From Sphaerodactylus townsendi (lineage: Eukaryota), in NCBI RefSeq assembly GCF_021028975.2, contig NC_059425.1, positions 73,098,001 through 73,162,000 of the forward strand: a stretch of DNA of 64,000 nucleotides, in the 5' to 3' direction. A model generated the notes under the pieces. It searched no databases and was not told where the DNA came from. It saw only the letters and a program-made list of their open reading frames with translations. The position numbers and the translations under genes were made by a program. Shown one piece after another: positions 24,806-38,299 of the stretch. The stretch's first letter is position 1; each line of letters begins with the position of its first letter.

Positions 24806-27322
24806 GAGGTGCAGCCAGCCACTCTCAAAGCTCTGTTCCCCAACCTGGGTTCAAGATGGCTGAAGGAGGAGCTGCCTTGTGGTCAATGGAATGGAGGGGG
24901 GTTTGGAAGAGGCTTGGGGAAACAAAGCACCATGAATCACCCCTGCATATTAATCACTTGTTGTGCATCATCAGGAAGAATGACTTGATCCATGTTCTGA
25001 TTGCAAAATTTGAGAACTAATATAATACCCTCAGGGGCATGATTTAGGACTTTTCATCAACAGTTATTACTTCTCCCTCATTTCTCTAAAAAAGATCTTC
25101 TCAAACCATATTGGAGAGTAGACTTTCTAGCTCGAGACATCTTTTACAAGACTCACTTTTATGCTTCTAAATGTATTGTGCTGCTTTTATGCTGTGACTG
25201 AATGCCACAGTTTTTTTCAACTTTACCATGTTTTACGTTTTACTATGTAAGCCGCCTCCAGCAGGTTCTCCAGAGAGGTGGCATAGATATTTTCTAAACA
25301 AATATATACACTTCTCCAAATAAAATAGGAAAAGCCTCCCTCATACATTTCTTCTGTTAAACAGAACAACTATCCCATGGACACATAGGACATCAGAGAA
25401 AAATCAAGGGCCAGACCATGGCTCCCTATGCACCTAGCAAGGTTACCTCCGATGAGAGGCACTGGCTTGCCTTCTACTTCTTGGTCCAATGATCAAAGTG
25501 ACAAACGCCTAAGAAAGCCTGGCCCATTCTAGAACATCACAGCAAACTAAACTATTAAAGTCTAAATCTGTCAAATATATTCCAGGTAGCAAATCATACT
25601 ACTAAGTTCCTCTATAAAGTCGTTTCATGAAGTTTGGCAGTTTCCCTGATCAAGATCACTAACTGCAAATGGTTCCTGAAGCTACAGAGACTCTCTCAAA
25701 GCCCAGCACACAAATAAAGTACAGTCTACTAGGCACACACAGCATCCCTGCTCTACTCAGATCAGTTCCAAAGCTGGAGGAGGAATGAAATGGCAAGACT
25801 GATGTTGAACATACACAATATCTTTCTCTGACGACAACCCATCTGAAAGTAGTCATTCAGTGAAGCTTTTTCATATGGTCAGGAACTTAATTCAGCCTTC
25901 CCTATAGAAACATGCTGAACCTTTAGGAGACTTGATTCTTTTCAAAGATGCTTTGCAGGCAACATTGCTGATGTCTGATCCAGCTTAGATATTGAACTGG
26001 TTGTTAGTTATACACCAAAATTGGTAGGGCTGGTTATAGTTGTTTGGATGAATCTGGTTTTCGGATGGAGGTTGTCTTGTCCCCTAATGTTTATACATTA
26101 TGCATCATGAAAAGGACTGAGGGATCATGTGACTCTACTGATTCTCCTAGATATCTAAGTTGTGTTCAGACTCACTGATCTGGGTATTCTTCAAGAACAC
26201 AACACAGAATTGGGAACAAGGACCTGAAGTAGTTCTACCCTTTCTTCAGGTTCCAGAAGAGGGTCTTGGGGGATGGCTTACCCCATGGGAATTACCCAGT
26301 GGTATTTTTTAGAGGTCTGATTATCACTGCATGCATTTTTTACATGCAACCACTGGCATATTATTATCTGGGGCTAAAATGTAATAGCATCAATGTGCAG
26401 GTAACACCCATCCTCTTCATCTGTGTTATACAAGGTGGTCATAATATACCAGTCCTGGAACAAGTGACCAAGTGTTTCTGGGCCAAGTTCAAGGTGCTGT
26501 CGAGCCTTTAAAGCCCTAAATCGAATGGGAACTAGGTATTTCAAAGGGTATTTACTTCCCATATGACCCTCCCTATGATCTAAGGAAAGGCCCTTCTCCA
26601 AATTCCATCACTCAGTTATATTAGGATGATCTCCATGTATATCATAGCTTGGTCAGTGATTGCCTGAGAGCTCAAGAACACACTCCCATGTGAAATCCAC
26701 CTTGCTTTATCCCTAGAGACAATACAGAATCATCGGCAAACCTTTCCATTCAGGACAGCCTCTTCAAGATGTTTCCTGATTTTTGCATTTTCCTGCTAGG
26801 ATTTATTATTTTTACAAATATTTATATTGTTTTTATTTTTCTCTTTATGTCACTCTGAAATGTTTGAAGAGATGTAGAAGTAAAATACAGTGATCTTTTC
26901 AGTTCTTAAGTTTCTAGATGTGAGTGAAGTGAACACTGGAGAAATGTCTATATCAGAAGCCTCAAGATAAGAATGCATACAATTTAGGGTACTTTGCAAA
27001 AAACACAGCCTCCCCTTGGATCACCTAAGTTAATTTTAATGTGAACACAAAGGAGACAGCTGGATTAGCTGGTCCACCAAAATACAATAGTTAACAAAAT
27101 CTGTAGAAGAAGTGTTGACTGAGATATCTTCTTGTATAAACATTTTTTAAATACTGAACCCAAAGCAGTCTTTGAAACTGTACTTGGACATGTTTTTAAA
27201 TTTAAACAAAGCTCTACAAGTGGACAGAAGCCTTTGCCACTGATACATTTCTAAGGGATCACTATGATAAAAAATGGTTGTGCAAAGTTTAAATATGTAA
27301 AAACAGAAGACCCACCTCTCAC

Positions 27323-27527
27323 CTTTTCGTTCTTTGATGAGTGCCAGGCGACGTTGCTTTGTCTCATTATCTAGATTTTCCACCATCCTATCAATACAGT
27401 TGTCTAGAACTAGGGATCGTGTCTGGGATATTATTGACCTCCTACAGATTGGACACTCCATCTTGCGCTTCATCCATTCTCTGACACAATAGGAACAAAA
27501 GCTGTGTGCACAGTTTAGAGTGACAGC
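27323..27527 (-). CDS. RNF8: RNF8 exon 7, rest of the C3HC4 RING (AVTLNCAHSFCSYC...CPICR...KERK)
   Basis: RING ligands intact; 205 nt; G|gtgaga donor, phase 1. Confidence 0.97.
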
Positions 27528-28409
27528 CTGCAAAAACAAAAATTGGACTAGTATCTCAGCGCTCTCTCACTGAAAAAAGTGAGGTGTTTATGTCCTTGCT
27601 TGTGCAGAGGAAAGTATAATTTTAGAAAAAAAATACAATGGGAAGAAAATGATTAATATAGTCTAGTATTAACATTTTGTGTGGTTATTTCTTTCATGTA
27701 AAGTGATGGGTTTTAAATTTCTTTTGGTGTGCATATTCTGTGTGTAGGTGACACTTTGGTTTGAGTATTATTAGATAACAATTTGTGATTTGTATCCTCC
27801 CACTCTATTTTTTATTTTAAAATAATAAAAACAAAGCTTGGTACAGAAGACTGTTTCTCTCTCCCTCCTACCCCCCCCCCCAATGGAAAAACCTATGGTC
27901 TGAAAGGTGTTGTGGGCTAGATGGGCTTGTATACACTTTCTTTTTCTCTCTCTGTAAATTATCAGTTAAAAAAATACAATGTCATTATCAATACCTGCGA
28001 TTTTATCTTATCCTATAAAAATGGGGGAGTCAGACTGATGGCAGGGGGGACTCACACCACTTCTGGAGACCGGTGATCAGGCTGAAGCCTGCATTTGGTG
28101 TCCTTCCCCATTTATTTATTAGTATAAAACTATTAGCAGACCATTCATTGAAAAACAAGCAAAGAACGACTATGTTATGGAATATTATGCAAAGCTAGAT
28201 ATGACATTGTTTAAAATATATGGCCCGAATTACTTTTTGAACTAATGCTAGAATGACTACAAAAAGATGAATCCATCGGTAGTTTATCTGTAAGGTGCCC
28301 TATGCTACTGAAAACTGCATTTTAAATAAACTCTAAAAAACAGCACTTACCCATTTATCAATAAGACTCTCTTTGTAATAGTTGAAAAGCAACAGCTCAA
28401 GTTGCAGAG

Positions 28410-29353
28410 TGCAACACATTCCTCTCCCTGAGGAGAGGCAGAGGCCCAGCAGGGGGGAGTGTGTAGGGGTGGATGTTGATAATTATTGTTGGCCTAGGTA
28501 CGCCCCACTCACACACAAACAAGCCCTTTAGTCAAAAATCCTGTCAGCAAACATAAGCTGCCACTAGTTCTGAGGGAAACATGGGACTTTGAGAGGCTTT
28601 TAAGAAATAAAACAAAACTAGATTTTATTTACAAGCTTTCGTCTCAGTTTGATGTTACAGAGAGATTTTTAAGCATTTCTGGTTCTTTAGGCAGATATTA
28701 CTTAATTGTTACAGATCAAATGCAGTTTCACTTAAATGGCTGTTTCAGTTTCAGCTTCATACACACTCAGGTGTCACTGTTTAAGGCAAAACTTTCCAAC
28801 ACAGTCTTGAACACTCTCCTAAAACACCCACCCTTAACTCCAATGGGATTCACACTACCTTGGGGCAGAGTAAGTTCTGGGGTTTCTCCAAACCCGCACT
28901 TAACTCTACCAGTTAAGTTAACACACCCTCATGAACTCTCCAGTCCAGTATCTAGGTGTGGTTTCCTCATGAAATAGCCACGCCCTCTGTGAGGTCTTAG
29001 GAGTTTCCCTCCTGTCTTCCACCAACACCTGGTGAAAACAAGGATCTGTCCCAGTCAGTCTTTGAGATTTCTTAAAAAACACTAAATACTATCTCTTGAC
29101 TGGATCTGAGGACTGACGCGATCTGTGTCTCACTCTCCATTTGACAGGCACAATCTCTGTATCACACAGTCTCCCAAGTTGCTCTCTGACAGGCTCTCTC
29201 TGATTTATAAAAGGCAAGCACGCCCTCTCTGTGGCTCCTGGCTACTGCATCTTAGCTGGCCAATCAGGTTGATCTCTGGTTAACTCTTGGTGCTCCTACT
29301 CTGAGTGAACTGCACCATTTTAAATTAAGTATTTTAAACCCCAATTTGTCACA
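28410..29353 (-). mobile_element. Solo LTR (944 bp) in RNF8 intron 6
   Basis: TG...CA termini flanked by 5-bp TSD CAGAG (28405-28409, 29354-29358); TATA-like tttataaa, CCAAT and minus-strand AATAAA inside. Confidence 0.72.
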
Positions 29354-30066
29354 CAGAGCTTCCTAAATTTATTAAGAAACTGCATATTCAACTGATGTAA
29401 AAAAATATAATCCAGAATTATAACACAATGTTTTGATATTACTTCAATTACCCATAAACTCATAGCCCTTCTTCCCCTCCCTTCTTGTTTTACGGCAAAC
29501 AAACCAGAGCTTTCTGTTAGTGTGAACTGGCAAACTATGGTTTGCGCTTGCCCTCCACATCCCTCTTGGAATCAGAACACACCAGGGGAGAAATACTCAT
29601 TTCACATCAAGGCTTACTCATGTAGTGCCAAATCTGGCATTAAAAGTAAACCAAGCAAGCCTCTCTGTACTTCTGTCTTGAAAAGTTTTACCAGCAACTG
29701 CACTTCCAGTAAAGGGAAGTAACCAGTCACATTGCCAAAAATTCAGAAAAAATTGTTCTCAGATAACAGCCTCAACATATCCTAATATTTCACAAAAAAC
29801 TCTTTAAAAGAATTCTATCCACACTGTTATAGCCAAACAGCACCAAATGTAGCAATACAGTCTGAACAGGAAATGGGCCTTGCAGAGAGCTACAGAGAGG
29901 AATCCATATCTTGTAAACATACAGGTCTGGAGAAGAGACCCATTAATTAAGTTGGGTAGAACAACTTCAAGAATGGATTCCATAAGGAGCAAAGTATTTG
30001 TGCTAGTATACTGCTTCTTGAAATATTGCTTCCATTCAATCTCATGTGTTTTAAATTATATTTCAC

Positions 30067-30174
30067 CTCAATAAAGTGTTCAGAGCAGATTGTACACTGC
30101 AACTCATTCTCCAGCACATCATTCATGTGACTCAAAGCCTCTTCCTTTTGTGCTTTTGCCTTCTCTTTCTCCTC
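30067..30174 (-). CDS. RNF8: RNF8 exon 6 (EEKEKAKAQKEEALSHMNDVLENELQCTICSEHFIE)
   Basis: 108 nt; start of the RING (CxxC). Confidence 0.96.
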
Positions 30175-30452
30175 CTGTAACCAAAACACACACAAAATCA
30201 AGAACTGTTGACAATGCCCTGGATATGAGAGACTAAGTACTGGATGTGAGAAACGTACTTTCTTAACAGTAAGAAGTAAGAAGATGTCAACAATATGAAG
30301 ATGCCTCTGAAGCCACACCCATCCCAAACTCAGCCCCACCAGCAAGCAGCTTCCTTAAGATGCAAAACACATGCTTCAAAGAAGACAGCAATCTTGTAAC
30401 AAAGCCTGAAACAACTTATCCCATAATACCACATTCTACTTCTTTTCAATAC

Positions 30453-30542
30453 CTTGGTCTCCTTCAACTCCCTATCCTTGGCTTTAATTATTTCTTCAAA
30501 GTTCTTTCTGCTACGGCTCAGTTCTCCCATCAGAGCATGATG
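30453..30542 (-). CDS. RNF8: RNF8 exon 5 (HHALMGELSRSRKNFEEIIKAKDRELKETK)
   Basis: 90 nt, canonical splice sites, conserved coiled coil. Confidence 0.94.
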
Positions 30543-31541
30543 CTGCGAAATCAAAATGAAATATAACATTTGAATTAACAGCTCTGAATCACAGAATTCT
30601 ACTTGACACCCCGCCATCTGTCACCTCACTAATCAATCTCACGACATAAACGTACCCCTTGAAATGGGAGAAAGATTTTAATGTTTTTATACTGGAAAAA
30701 TGAAGAGAGATATTATGGCCCATGGACCAATACAGAGGAAAGACATGACACAATATCTTACAAATAAATTCTAGTAAGGAAAGATGCTGAACAGGCCTTT
30801 TGGGCCACTAGTAACTGTAGCTTCAGGGTGTAATCCAAATCCGCAATCAAAGACATCTACTATGTTATTATCAACCAATTTAGAATGCATAATAGCTTAG
30901 CATTACTTCTTAAGGGTACCACTAAAACAAACATTCAGACTGCAGGTTAAACATATGATCAAAACACTCCTCCATGCTAAAAAGTTCCCCACACAAATAT
31001 CAGGATAAAGGATGCTCCCTGGTATGTCAAATTTCTATGTGCAGGGAACATTTCCCACAAATATCAATGCTGCACATTCCAGTAGGGTACCTTCCAGATA
31101 CAGATTTACTCTTTCATCTGACCCAGAGCAGCACTTCCACAGCTCTCATTCATTAACACCCCACATGTTCCTGAAACTTGTTTATTTAATTATGACATTT
31201 TCATCACTTGGACAAATTGGAAAGAAGCACTGAAATTTTTTTAGCAGGCCTTCAGAACTTCCATCCCATTATCAACCTGATCTGAACCAATCCACATAAG
31301 AAGTATATTTTCTAGACACAACTGTACAAATCCATAGTGGAAACACAATAACTATGTTATATTGGAAATGTACTGCTCTCCAAACCTACCTATTCGCCTC
31401 TAGTCATCAACCCAAAGACACCAAATGATCTACAATCCCACCTTTCCATACATCCTCTTGTTATGTGAATGTTTTAATCTGCACTCTTGTGCTAAGTTCA
31501 GAATTAGGTATATGGGAATAGCCTAGTACTGTCTAAGTTAC

Positions 31542-31601
31542 CTGCACCAGGACTTGGGCCAGTTGTTCTTTCAGTTTCTCTTCTCCTGGTTCTTCTGCTC
31601 C
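31542..31601 (-). CDS. RNF8: RNF8 exon 4 (GAEEPGEEKLKEQLAQVLVQ)
   Basis: catttag acceptor, CAG|gtaact donor; 60 nt, phase 0; resembles RNF8 GEKxLKxQLAQ. Confidence 0.88.
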
Positions 31602-31977
31602 CTAAATGACAAAAAGAGGAAGCCAGTCAAGTATAAAAAGAACATGTTGGATATCAGGAGAATCCAAAGCAACTAGGTATTTGGGTTTTTTCTAGCAAAA
31701 ATAATGAGCGGCAACAATAACTGTGAAACTCCAGTGGCTTTCTTTTTGCTCAGAAAGAGATGCTCTTCTCCACAAGCAACTGAAATGCCTGCTGGAACTT
31801 CAAGTTACAGGGAGGCTTCTCTAAACTGTTTATTAGGTTCTTCCATGAACAGTCTTTTAAAAAGGCCAGTTTATAATGTAAAAAGTTTTGCTGAATACAG
31901 ATTTCAAAAAAATTCTAAAAAAGAAAAACGGTTGTGTGGAATAATTATGGAACTGTCAGATTATGTTGTTCTACTTA

Positions 31978-32064
31978 CCGTATATACTCGAGTATAAGCT
32001 GACTTCTTCAGCACATTTTTTATGCTGAAAAAGCCCCCCTCACCTTATACTTGCGTATACACGG
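31978..32064. mobile_element. Short Tc-mariner (Tigger/Tc2-like) MITE
   Basis: TIRs ccgtatatactcgagtataag / cttatacttgcgtatacacgg; TA on both sides. Confidence 0.78.
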
Positions 32065-32732
32065 TAATTCCAAGATGGTGGCCAGAGCTGGGGCTGCTGT
32101 GGGGATCCAGTAAGCATGTTGCTGCTTTTTTTCTAACTCACCAGAGAGCCGTAAAAACAAGCTGTAAGGACAGCCTGCATAGCATTACAACTAGGTTGTG
32201 TGTGCGTGTGTGTGCGTGTTAAAATAACCCGAGGCATTTCTCTCCTAAGGGTTATTGGTGCATTGCATTCTAGATTAATACAATTCTTCATACAGTAGTT
32301 TACTGCCAAATACTGATGTTGCTGAAGACAAAGACTTTCTTTGGAGCAAAGTTTAGGCTGGCATGTCTATGAATCCCAGACTTATTCTACATTTGGAGGG
32401 AAACAGTGGTTTATTTGTGTTCCTAGAGTGCTGGAAAGCTGCACATCCCTAATTCAAACTCTGTTAAGCAACTCTATCTCATCTTGTTCCCAAATCTTCT
32501 GTTTTTAGCTGCTACCAGACCAGACAAAGATAAGGGGTACTGTCGTTCTTTGTTTATTTAAGACCAAAGCAGGTCTGCTTGCAAAGACCTGTCTGTGTTA
32601 ACTTCTTTGTGTTAAGATAGTCCAATAAAATGTCTAGTATTTGCCTACATTATAAACTGCCAATCAAAATCTGCCACTGTTACAATGCAGAAGGAGGGAC
32701 ATTATAGGACATTATACAGCTTTCCGAGCCCT

Positions 32733-33020
32733 CATAAGAACATAAGAACAAGCCTGCTGGATCAGACCAGAGTCCATCTAGTCCAGCACTCTGCTACTCG
32801 CAGTGGCCCACCAGGTGCCTTTGGGAGCTCACATGCAGGATGTGAAAGCAATGGTCTTCTGCTGCTTCTGCTCCTGAGCACCTGGTCTGCTAAGGCATTT
32901 GCAATCTCAGATCAAGGAGGATTAAGATTGGTAGCCATAGATCGACGACTTCTCCATAAATCTGTCCAAGCTCCTTTTAAAGCTTCCCCCCAACATTTTC
33001 AATGTATGCCCCCTGATTGT
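32733..33020 (-). mobile_element. CR1 3' end
   Basis: cataagaacataagaac tail; near-identical to the reverse complement of about 24540-24800. Confidence 0.88.
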
Positions 33021-33522
33021 AGCCTGGTTAGGGTTATGCCAGCTCCACCCCACTCTCTAAGGCTCCTGAGGGTTGCTGATTGTGGCTTGGCCAAGGCTGT
33101 GCTGCCTATAACCTGTTTTCTGGGACTGCTCAGGCTTGCTTCTGCTGCTCAGGCTCTCCTGACATTTCTCTGCTATTCCTTCTTGCAGCTGGCTTCCTGG
33201 AGGTCCCTGCATAGTAAGTCCAGGGATGGGGCTAGCAGTTGTGGGGTGCTGCAGGGTTCCTGAGTGGGCATTTGTACAAGGAGGCAGCCCCATCCCTGGA
33301 AACAGATGACAGGAGATTTTACTCTTGAAATCTTATAGCACAAAATCTGGTTGGTCTCTAAGGTGCTACTATACTAGAATCCAGTATGATAAGAGTCTTT
33401 GCCCTGGTAAAAGAGGCCAACCGCTTTTCCAGTCATTTAGTTTGGCTTACAGCTGTCTTTAAAGATCATTTTCAAATAGTACAGTTCAAGAAGACTGGGT
33501 AATTTTACCTGGCAGAGCTTAC

Positions 33523-34263
33523 CTCTAGCTCTTCATAGAAGGTCTTTTCCAACTGTTCCACCCTCTGCTGTTGTTGCTCCTGCTCATTGTATATCTGGTC
33601 CTGCAAGTCTTGCAGCTCCCGCTGTAAAACCTGCATGTCTTCTGGAGTACAGTTCATATTGTTCTGTCTCACATTCAAGACAGCTGTCTGCTTTTCCTGC
33701 ATCTTGGCTTTTAACTTAGTCATTTCCACCAGCGTTTTCATTATTTCTTCCAAACCACTTTGAGAGTGGGCCAAATTGAGAGCTTTTGGATCCTTGGAGA
33801 GGGGAGATGCAGCACTCCCAACCTGCACAATGCTACAGTGATTTTTCTTCTTCTCCTTCTTGTGTAGTCTTGGAGGAAGTAGCACTACATCCACGTTTTC
33901 TGTTGATGGCTTGGACAGTTCTGTACTGATGGTCTCAGATTTCCCTAAAGAATCAGCATCAGAAGACAGCCTGTCTCTCTTAGACCTGGAATTGGAAGGT
34001 CCTTCCGCACCAGGAATGTCTACTTCCTCCACGCTAATTTTACGCTTAGTCCTCGTATCTTTCATTTTCTCCGTCAGCTGGTCATTTTTCAGTGCTAAAA
34101 AGGGACTAACTTTCATCCATTCATCCTTTATTAAAGTATATTCATATTCAGCTGTTTCTTTGTGCTTTAAAGGCACTCCTAACTGAACAAAATCACCTTC
34201 TTGTAAAAGATAAGCCTTTGATGGATCAATGCGTTCAAAATTTAGCCAAACACCATTCAGACT
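33523..34263 (-). CDS. RNF8: RNF8 exon 3 (SLNGVWLN...end of FHA, linker, coiled coil ...LEKTFYEELE)
   Basis: SLNGV FHA motif; 741-nt open exon overlapping ORF 33505..34176; cctcag acceptor, gtaagc donor. Confidence 0.94.
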
Positions 34264-36387
34264 CTGAGGATGGAAGGAGAGAAAAGAATTGTGTTTATTT
34301 TATTTTTTGTGGGGGGAAACCCTACATAAGTTTAAAAAATTGCAAAAATAAAATACTTCCAGGAAAAAGATGCAACACAAACTGGCATCCCTTAAATAAT
34401 ATCAAAACTATAAGTGCAGTGATCCAGTGCACTCATAGCTCCAGCACATTTGAAACACAGGACAAGTTGATTATTTGTTTTACAAGCAAAGAGGAAATAA
34501 CTGAATAAGCTACTAGTGAAGATTTTAAATCATACTAACATATATAGTCCATATAAAATGATACATTTTGTCTGAAAGGCTAAATATTATTATTGGTTAT
34601 GTGAGAGTCTGACAGAAAATATATTTTTAAAGAAACAGATGGAGAAAACACAGCAATACAAATTCCTGTCAAATCAAAGAGTACAGTCTTGTACTCAAGA
34701 CATGCTGTGTATCTTGACATCAATGGCATCATATACATGTATAGCAATCAAAAACAAATGGTGAAAGACTTAAATGCACAAAACATTATTTGCATTCAAA
34801 ATGTATGAAGTAATGTTATTATCCAGCCACATCCAACACTACAGAAATGAGTTCCTCATGGGAAGTAAATTCTGGCCAAGGAGAAAAATCAGGAACAAAG
34901 GAAAAATAGGGAACCCAAAGAAGTTTACATCATTCTGCTCTTCTCCATTTTATCTTCACAACAATCCTGTCAAGTATGTTAGGATGAGTGGTCCAAGGTC
35001 ATCCAGTCACCTTCCATGGCAGAATGGGGATTTGAACCTGGGTTTCTCAGATCCTAGTCCAAAACTCTTACCACTAGATCACACTGTGTGGGATGACTGC
35101 TGTTGAACAGCAGCAAGCAGCCAGGCTTCAGTGTGTCATGAACATCGGTTGGCAGCAAGCAACCCAGTGGGTTTGCCAGGCCTAGACCCAATTTCTACCT
35201 TAAATGCCAAAATAGTCTGGAAATGGCCCCTCCCCAGCCTTTTACTGACAGCTGCCAAAATTGGGAGATTAATCCCCTCCCCAGTGTACCTGTGGTTTTG
35301 CTCAGGTTTGTATAAAGACATGTTTTGTGTGTCTATTGCTCCAGTTTTGGGATTTATGAATCCACAGATTTGACCAAATTGAGAATTAAATATACTTAGA
35401 TTCAGAAAATACATACCACAATAGGTCATGATGTGGCTAGAAGGTACACAATACAGTTCCCTTAGTGAAACTAAGCAGGCTTGAGTCTGGCCTGGGCCTA
35501 GATGAGGAACATCTCTGGAAGCTCACATTCACCACCTCAGCTTCCAGGATAGAAGAAAGGTAGGACACAAATATAGCAATGCAAATACTGCATGGCAGGC
35601 ACCCTAGTGACAGAAAGCAACATACATGACAAAATATCCGACTAGCAGCAGAACGACATTTTAATATGTCATTCAGCCAAGCCAAATCCAATTCAAACAT
35701 AAGCAGTGGTCTAGAAACCAAAAATCTACTTCCCTGCTCATGAAAGACATGGCTGAGCACATCATACTCCAAAGAAGGCAAAGTGATGGAACACGTGAAG
35801 TGCTAGTTCCTTGCTAGTTCCTAAGCTGCATTTGACTAGTGCTTAAGAAAGAGATGCATTAAACGTCCTTATTTGGCAACCATTATAAAGTTAAGTGGAA
35901 ACATTAGCCTTTCATTTTCACTACCAAAACCGCTGGAAGGAAACTTCAAAGAAGTCCTAGTGCTTCAGAACACCGTACCCAATAATTCACAATAACATGC
36001 AATGAGCAAGTGCCCCTAACCTCACCAAGAAACCTGAAGCACTGCCAAGTCCTACTAAATATGGCTTCCGCAAGAACCCCACCTCCTGGGGCTGAAAATA
36101 CTTGCTGGCACACAGAAACAAGGAGAGAAAGCACACTGTGGCTGGCAAACCTCTTCTAGACATCTGTAAAATCATCATGTCTCCACAACTTACTTCCACT
36201 GCTGATTGGCTGACTGTAAGATTACAGCCATTATGAACCGTACCATGAGCGCACAGAAAGTCATCAACAGTGATAATTATGGGTAAGAAGCAACTCTGAA
36301 TATTTATACTGATGTCATCTAACAGCTGGTCAAGTTCTCTTTTTTTCAAAAAATATTGGCCATTCTATATTTTACCAACACTGAGAA

Positions 36388-36590
36388 GACCCTGGATGGG
36401 TCAGGCAAGCTTGATCACATCAGATATTAGAAGCTAAGCAAGATTATGGTTAGTACTTGGATTAGAGACCATTGAGGAAGTCCAGAGTTGCTATAATCAG
36501 GTAGTGGCAAACCATCTCTCTGTCTCTTGCCTTGAACACCCGACAGGGTTGTCATAAGTTGGCTGTGACTTGATGGCACTTTCCATCACC
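36388..36590 (+). mobile_element. 5S rRNA-derived SINE with RTE/Sauria-like tail
   Basis: gaagctaagca..tggttagtacttggat..gagacc matches the 5S internal control region; tail tctcttgccttgaa...gtcataagt. Confidence 0.68.
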
Positions 36591-36844
36591 AGACAAACAG
36601 GTATCCTATTGCCCAAACAACTTATAACATACTTAAAGGCCCACATGGGGTTTTTTCATATTATCTGTTGCAGAAGAGGTGCTAGAATAGAAAATGGAAC
36701 TCTTTAATACCTTTATGGGCATTTCCTTTTACATTTGTGATCAAAAACCAAAACAAGATTTAGCAGACAGGCTCCTGTATACATTTACCTGGAAAAAAAT
36801 TCTAGAAGAAAATCTAAGCTGCATTCTTCCATCTTCCGCTACAA

Positions 36845-37700
36845 GGGCCCGGCCGAGCTGGCTCCCTTCCTCTCCCGCGCAAGAGACTGACTCCGGCTTT
36901 CACGGTGATCCCATTACAGCGGTCACCTCCAGGTTGGACTATTGTAACTTCGCTTCTGGCGGGCCTACCTCTTGCGCTTTGATCCGGAGGAGTTACAGCT
37001 GGTCCAACATCGCGGCAGCCCGTCTACTCATACTATTAGGAAGCGCCTTTCGTGATCATATCCAACCTGTGCTGCGCCGCCTGCATTGGCTCCCAGTTGA
37101 GTTCCGGATCATCTTCTGCAAGGTATGGGTGCTGACGCTTTAAGGCGCTTTTATTGCGGTCTGGGGACTCCTTCTTCGTACGCTTCGAGGACCGCGATAC
37201 TCCCATATGTCCCTTCCAGGCCCCTCATGCGTTCGCAGGCAGAGGCCAATTTGCACTGCTAGTCCCCGGCCCCTCCTATGATGCGACTAGGCCTCCACCC
37301 GGGACCCAGGAGGGGCTTTTTCACCGGCCTCTGGCTCCCCTGCCTGGTGGAACACTCTCCCTCCAGCTGTCCGGGCCCTGTGGGATGTTGGGTGAGTTCC
37401 GCAGGGGTCCTGTAAAGGCCGAGGAGTTGTTCGCTTGCCGGGCTTTTGGAGTGCCCGGCCGCTGATGTGTGCCCCCCCCCCCCCTCCCGCCCCTCTACTC
37501 TAGTTCTTGTTTACAGGGTCCCTCCCACTCATCTATGGGGACTCCCTCCCCTCCTTTGTGGGAGGTTTTTAAAAGTGGATTTTGTTGCTGACGGCTGTTT
37601 TATATGTTTTTATAATGTTTTAAAAGCGGCTGTATCTATTTTAAATGGACTTGATTGTATGTTTTAAACTGTTGTTCACCGCCCAGAGCCCTTCCGGGGT
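36845..37700 (+). mobile_element. L2-type LINE 3' part, indel-rich, running into the gap
   Basis: VTSRLDYCN and DHIQPVLRRLHWLPVEFRIIF motifs. Confidence 0.85.
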
Positions 37701-37881
37701 NNNNNNNNNNNNNNNNNNNNNNNNNNNNNNNNNNNNNNNNNNNNNNNNNNNNNNNNNNNNNNNNNNNNNNNNNNNNNNNNNNNNNNNNNNNNNNNNNNNN
37801 NNNNNNNNNNNNNNNNNNNNNNNNNNNNNNNNNNNNNNNNNNNNNNNNNNNNNNNNNNNNNNNNNNNNNNNNNNNNNNNNN
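37701..37881. other. Assembly gap (181 N) in RNF8 intron 2
   Basis: Run of N. Confidence 0.99.
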
Positions 37882-38299
37882 AACTCCCCTTTGCCTTTGA
37901 ATTAACAAATCCAAAGGTATTTGTTTACAACCATATGCACTGTCAAAGGAAGACACTTGCTTTAGAATCTAATTCTTATGTTAAGTTGAGACATGTCATG
38001 CTGCCCTGCTCGCCAGCTAAGACACAGAAACATCAAAGGGTTTGGTTAGACGCAGTTCTCCAAAACAAGTCAACACTTATCATTTATATGAAAATCAGAA
38101 TGATTCCTCCAACAGCAATTCAAAATACTTTCCAAATCAGTATGAGAATACCACATGAACAGACAATAGACAGCTCTCTCTATGTAAGGGGCCTCACATA
38201 GTCAGTGGTGATGCTCACACTATTTAATTTGTTCACATAGATTTGGAATTGGGAGTGAGTAGTGTAATGGCCAAGTTTGCAGATAACCAAGGCTGACTG

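Noticed and set aside
25659-25682. Alternative short RNF8 last exon (ASGTICS*)
   Set aside because: Phase-compatible but the acceptor has a poor pyrimidine tract and there is no similarity to known RNF8 ends; not fully excluded
32685-33263. 192-aa ORF on the + strand
   Set aside because: Mostly antisense CR1 3' sequence inside an RNF8 intron
33509-33522. Second donor (AG|gtaaaa) 14 nt past RNF8 exon 3
   Set aside because: Out of frame with exon 4 and weaker than the gtaagc donor
36388-36500. 5S rRNA gene
   Set aside because: Degenerate and fused to a retroposon tail; it is a SINE head
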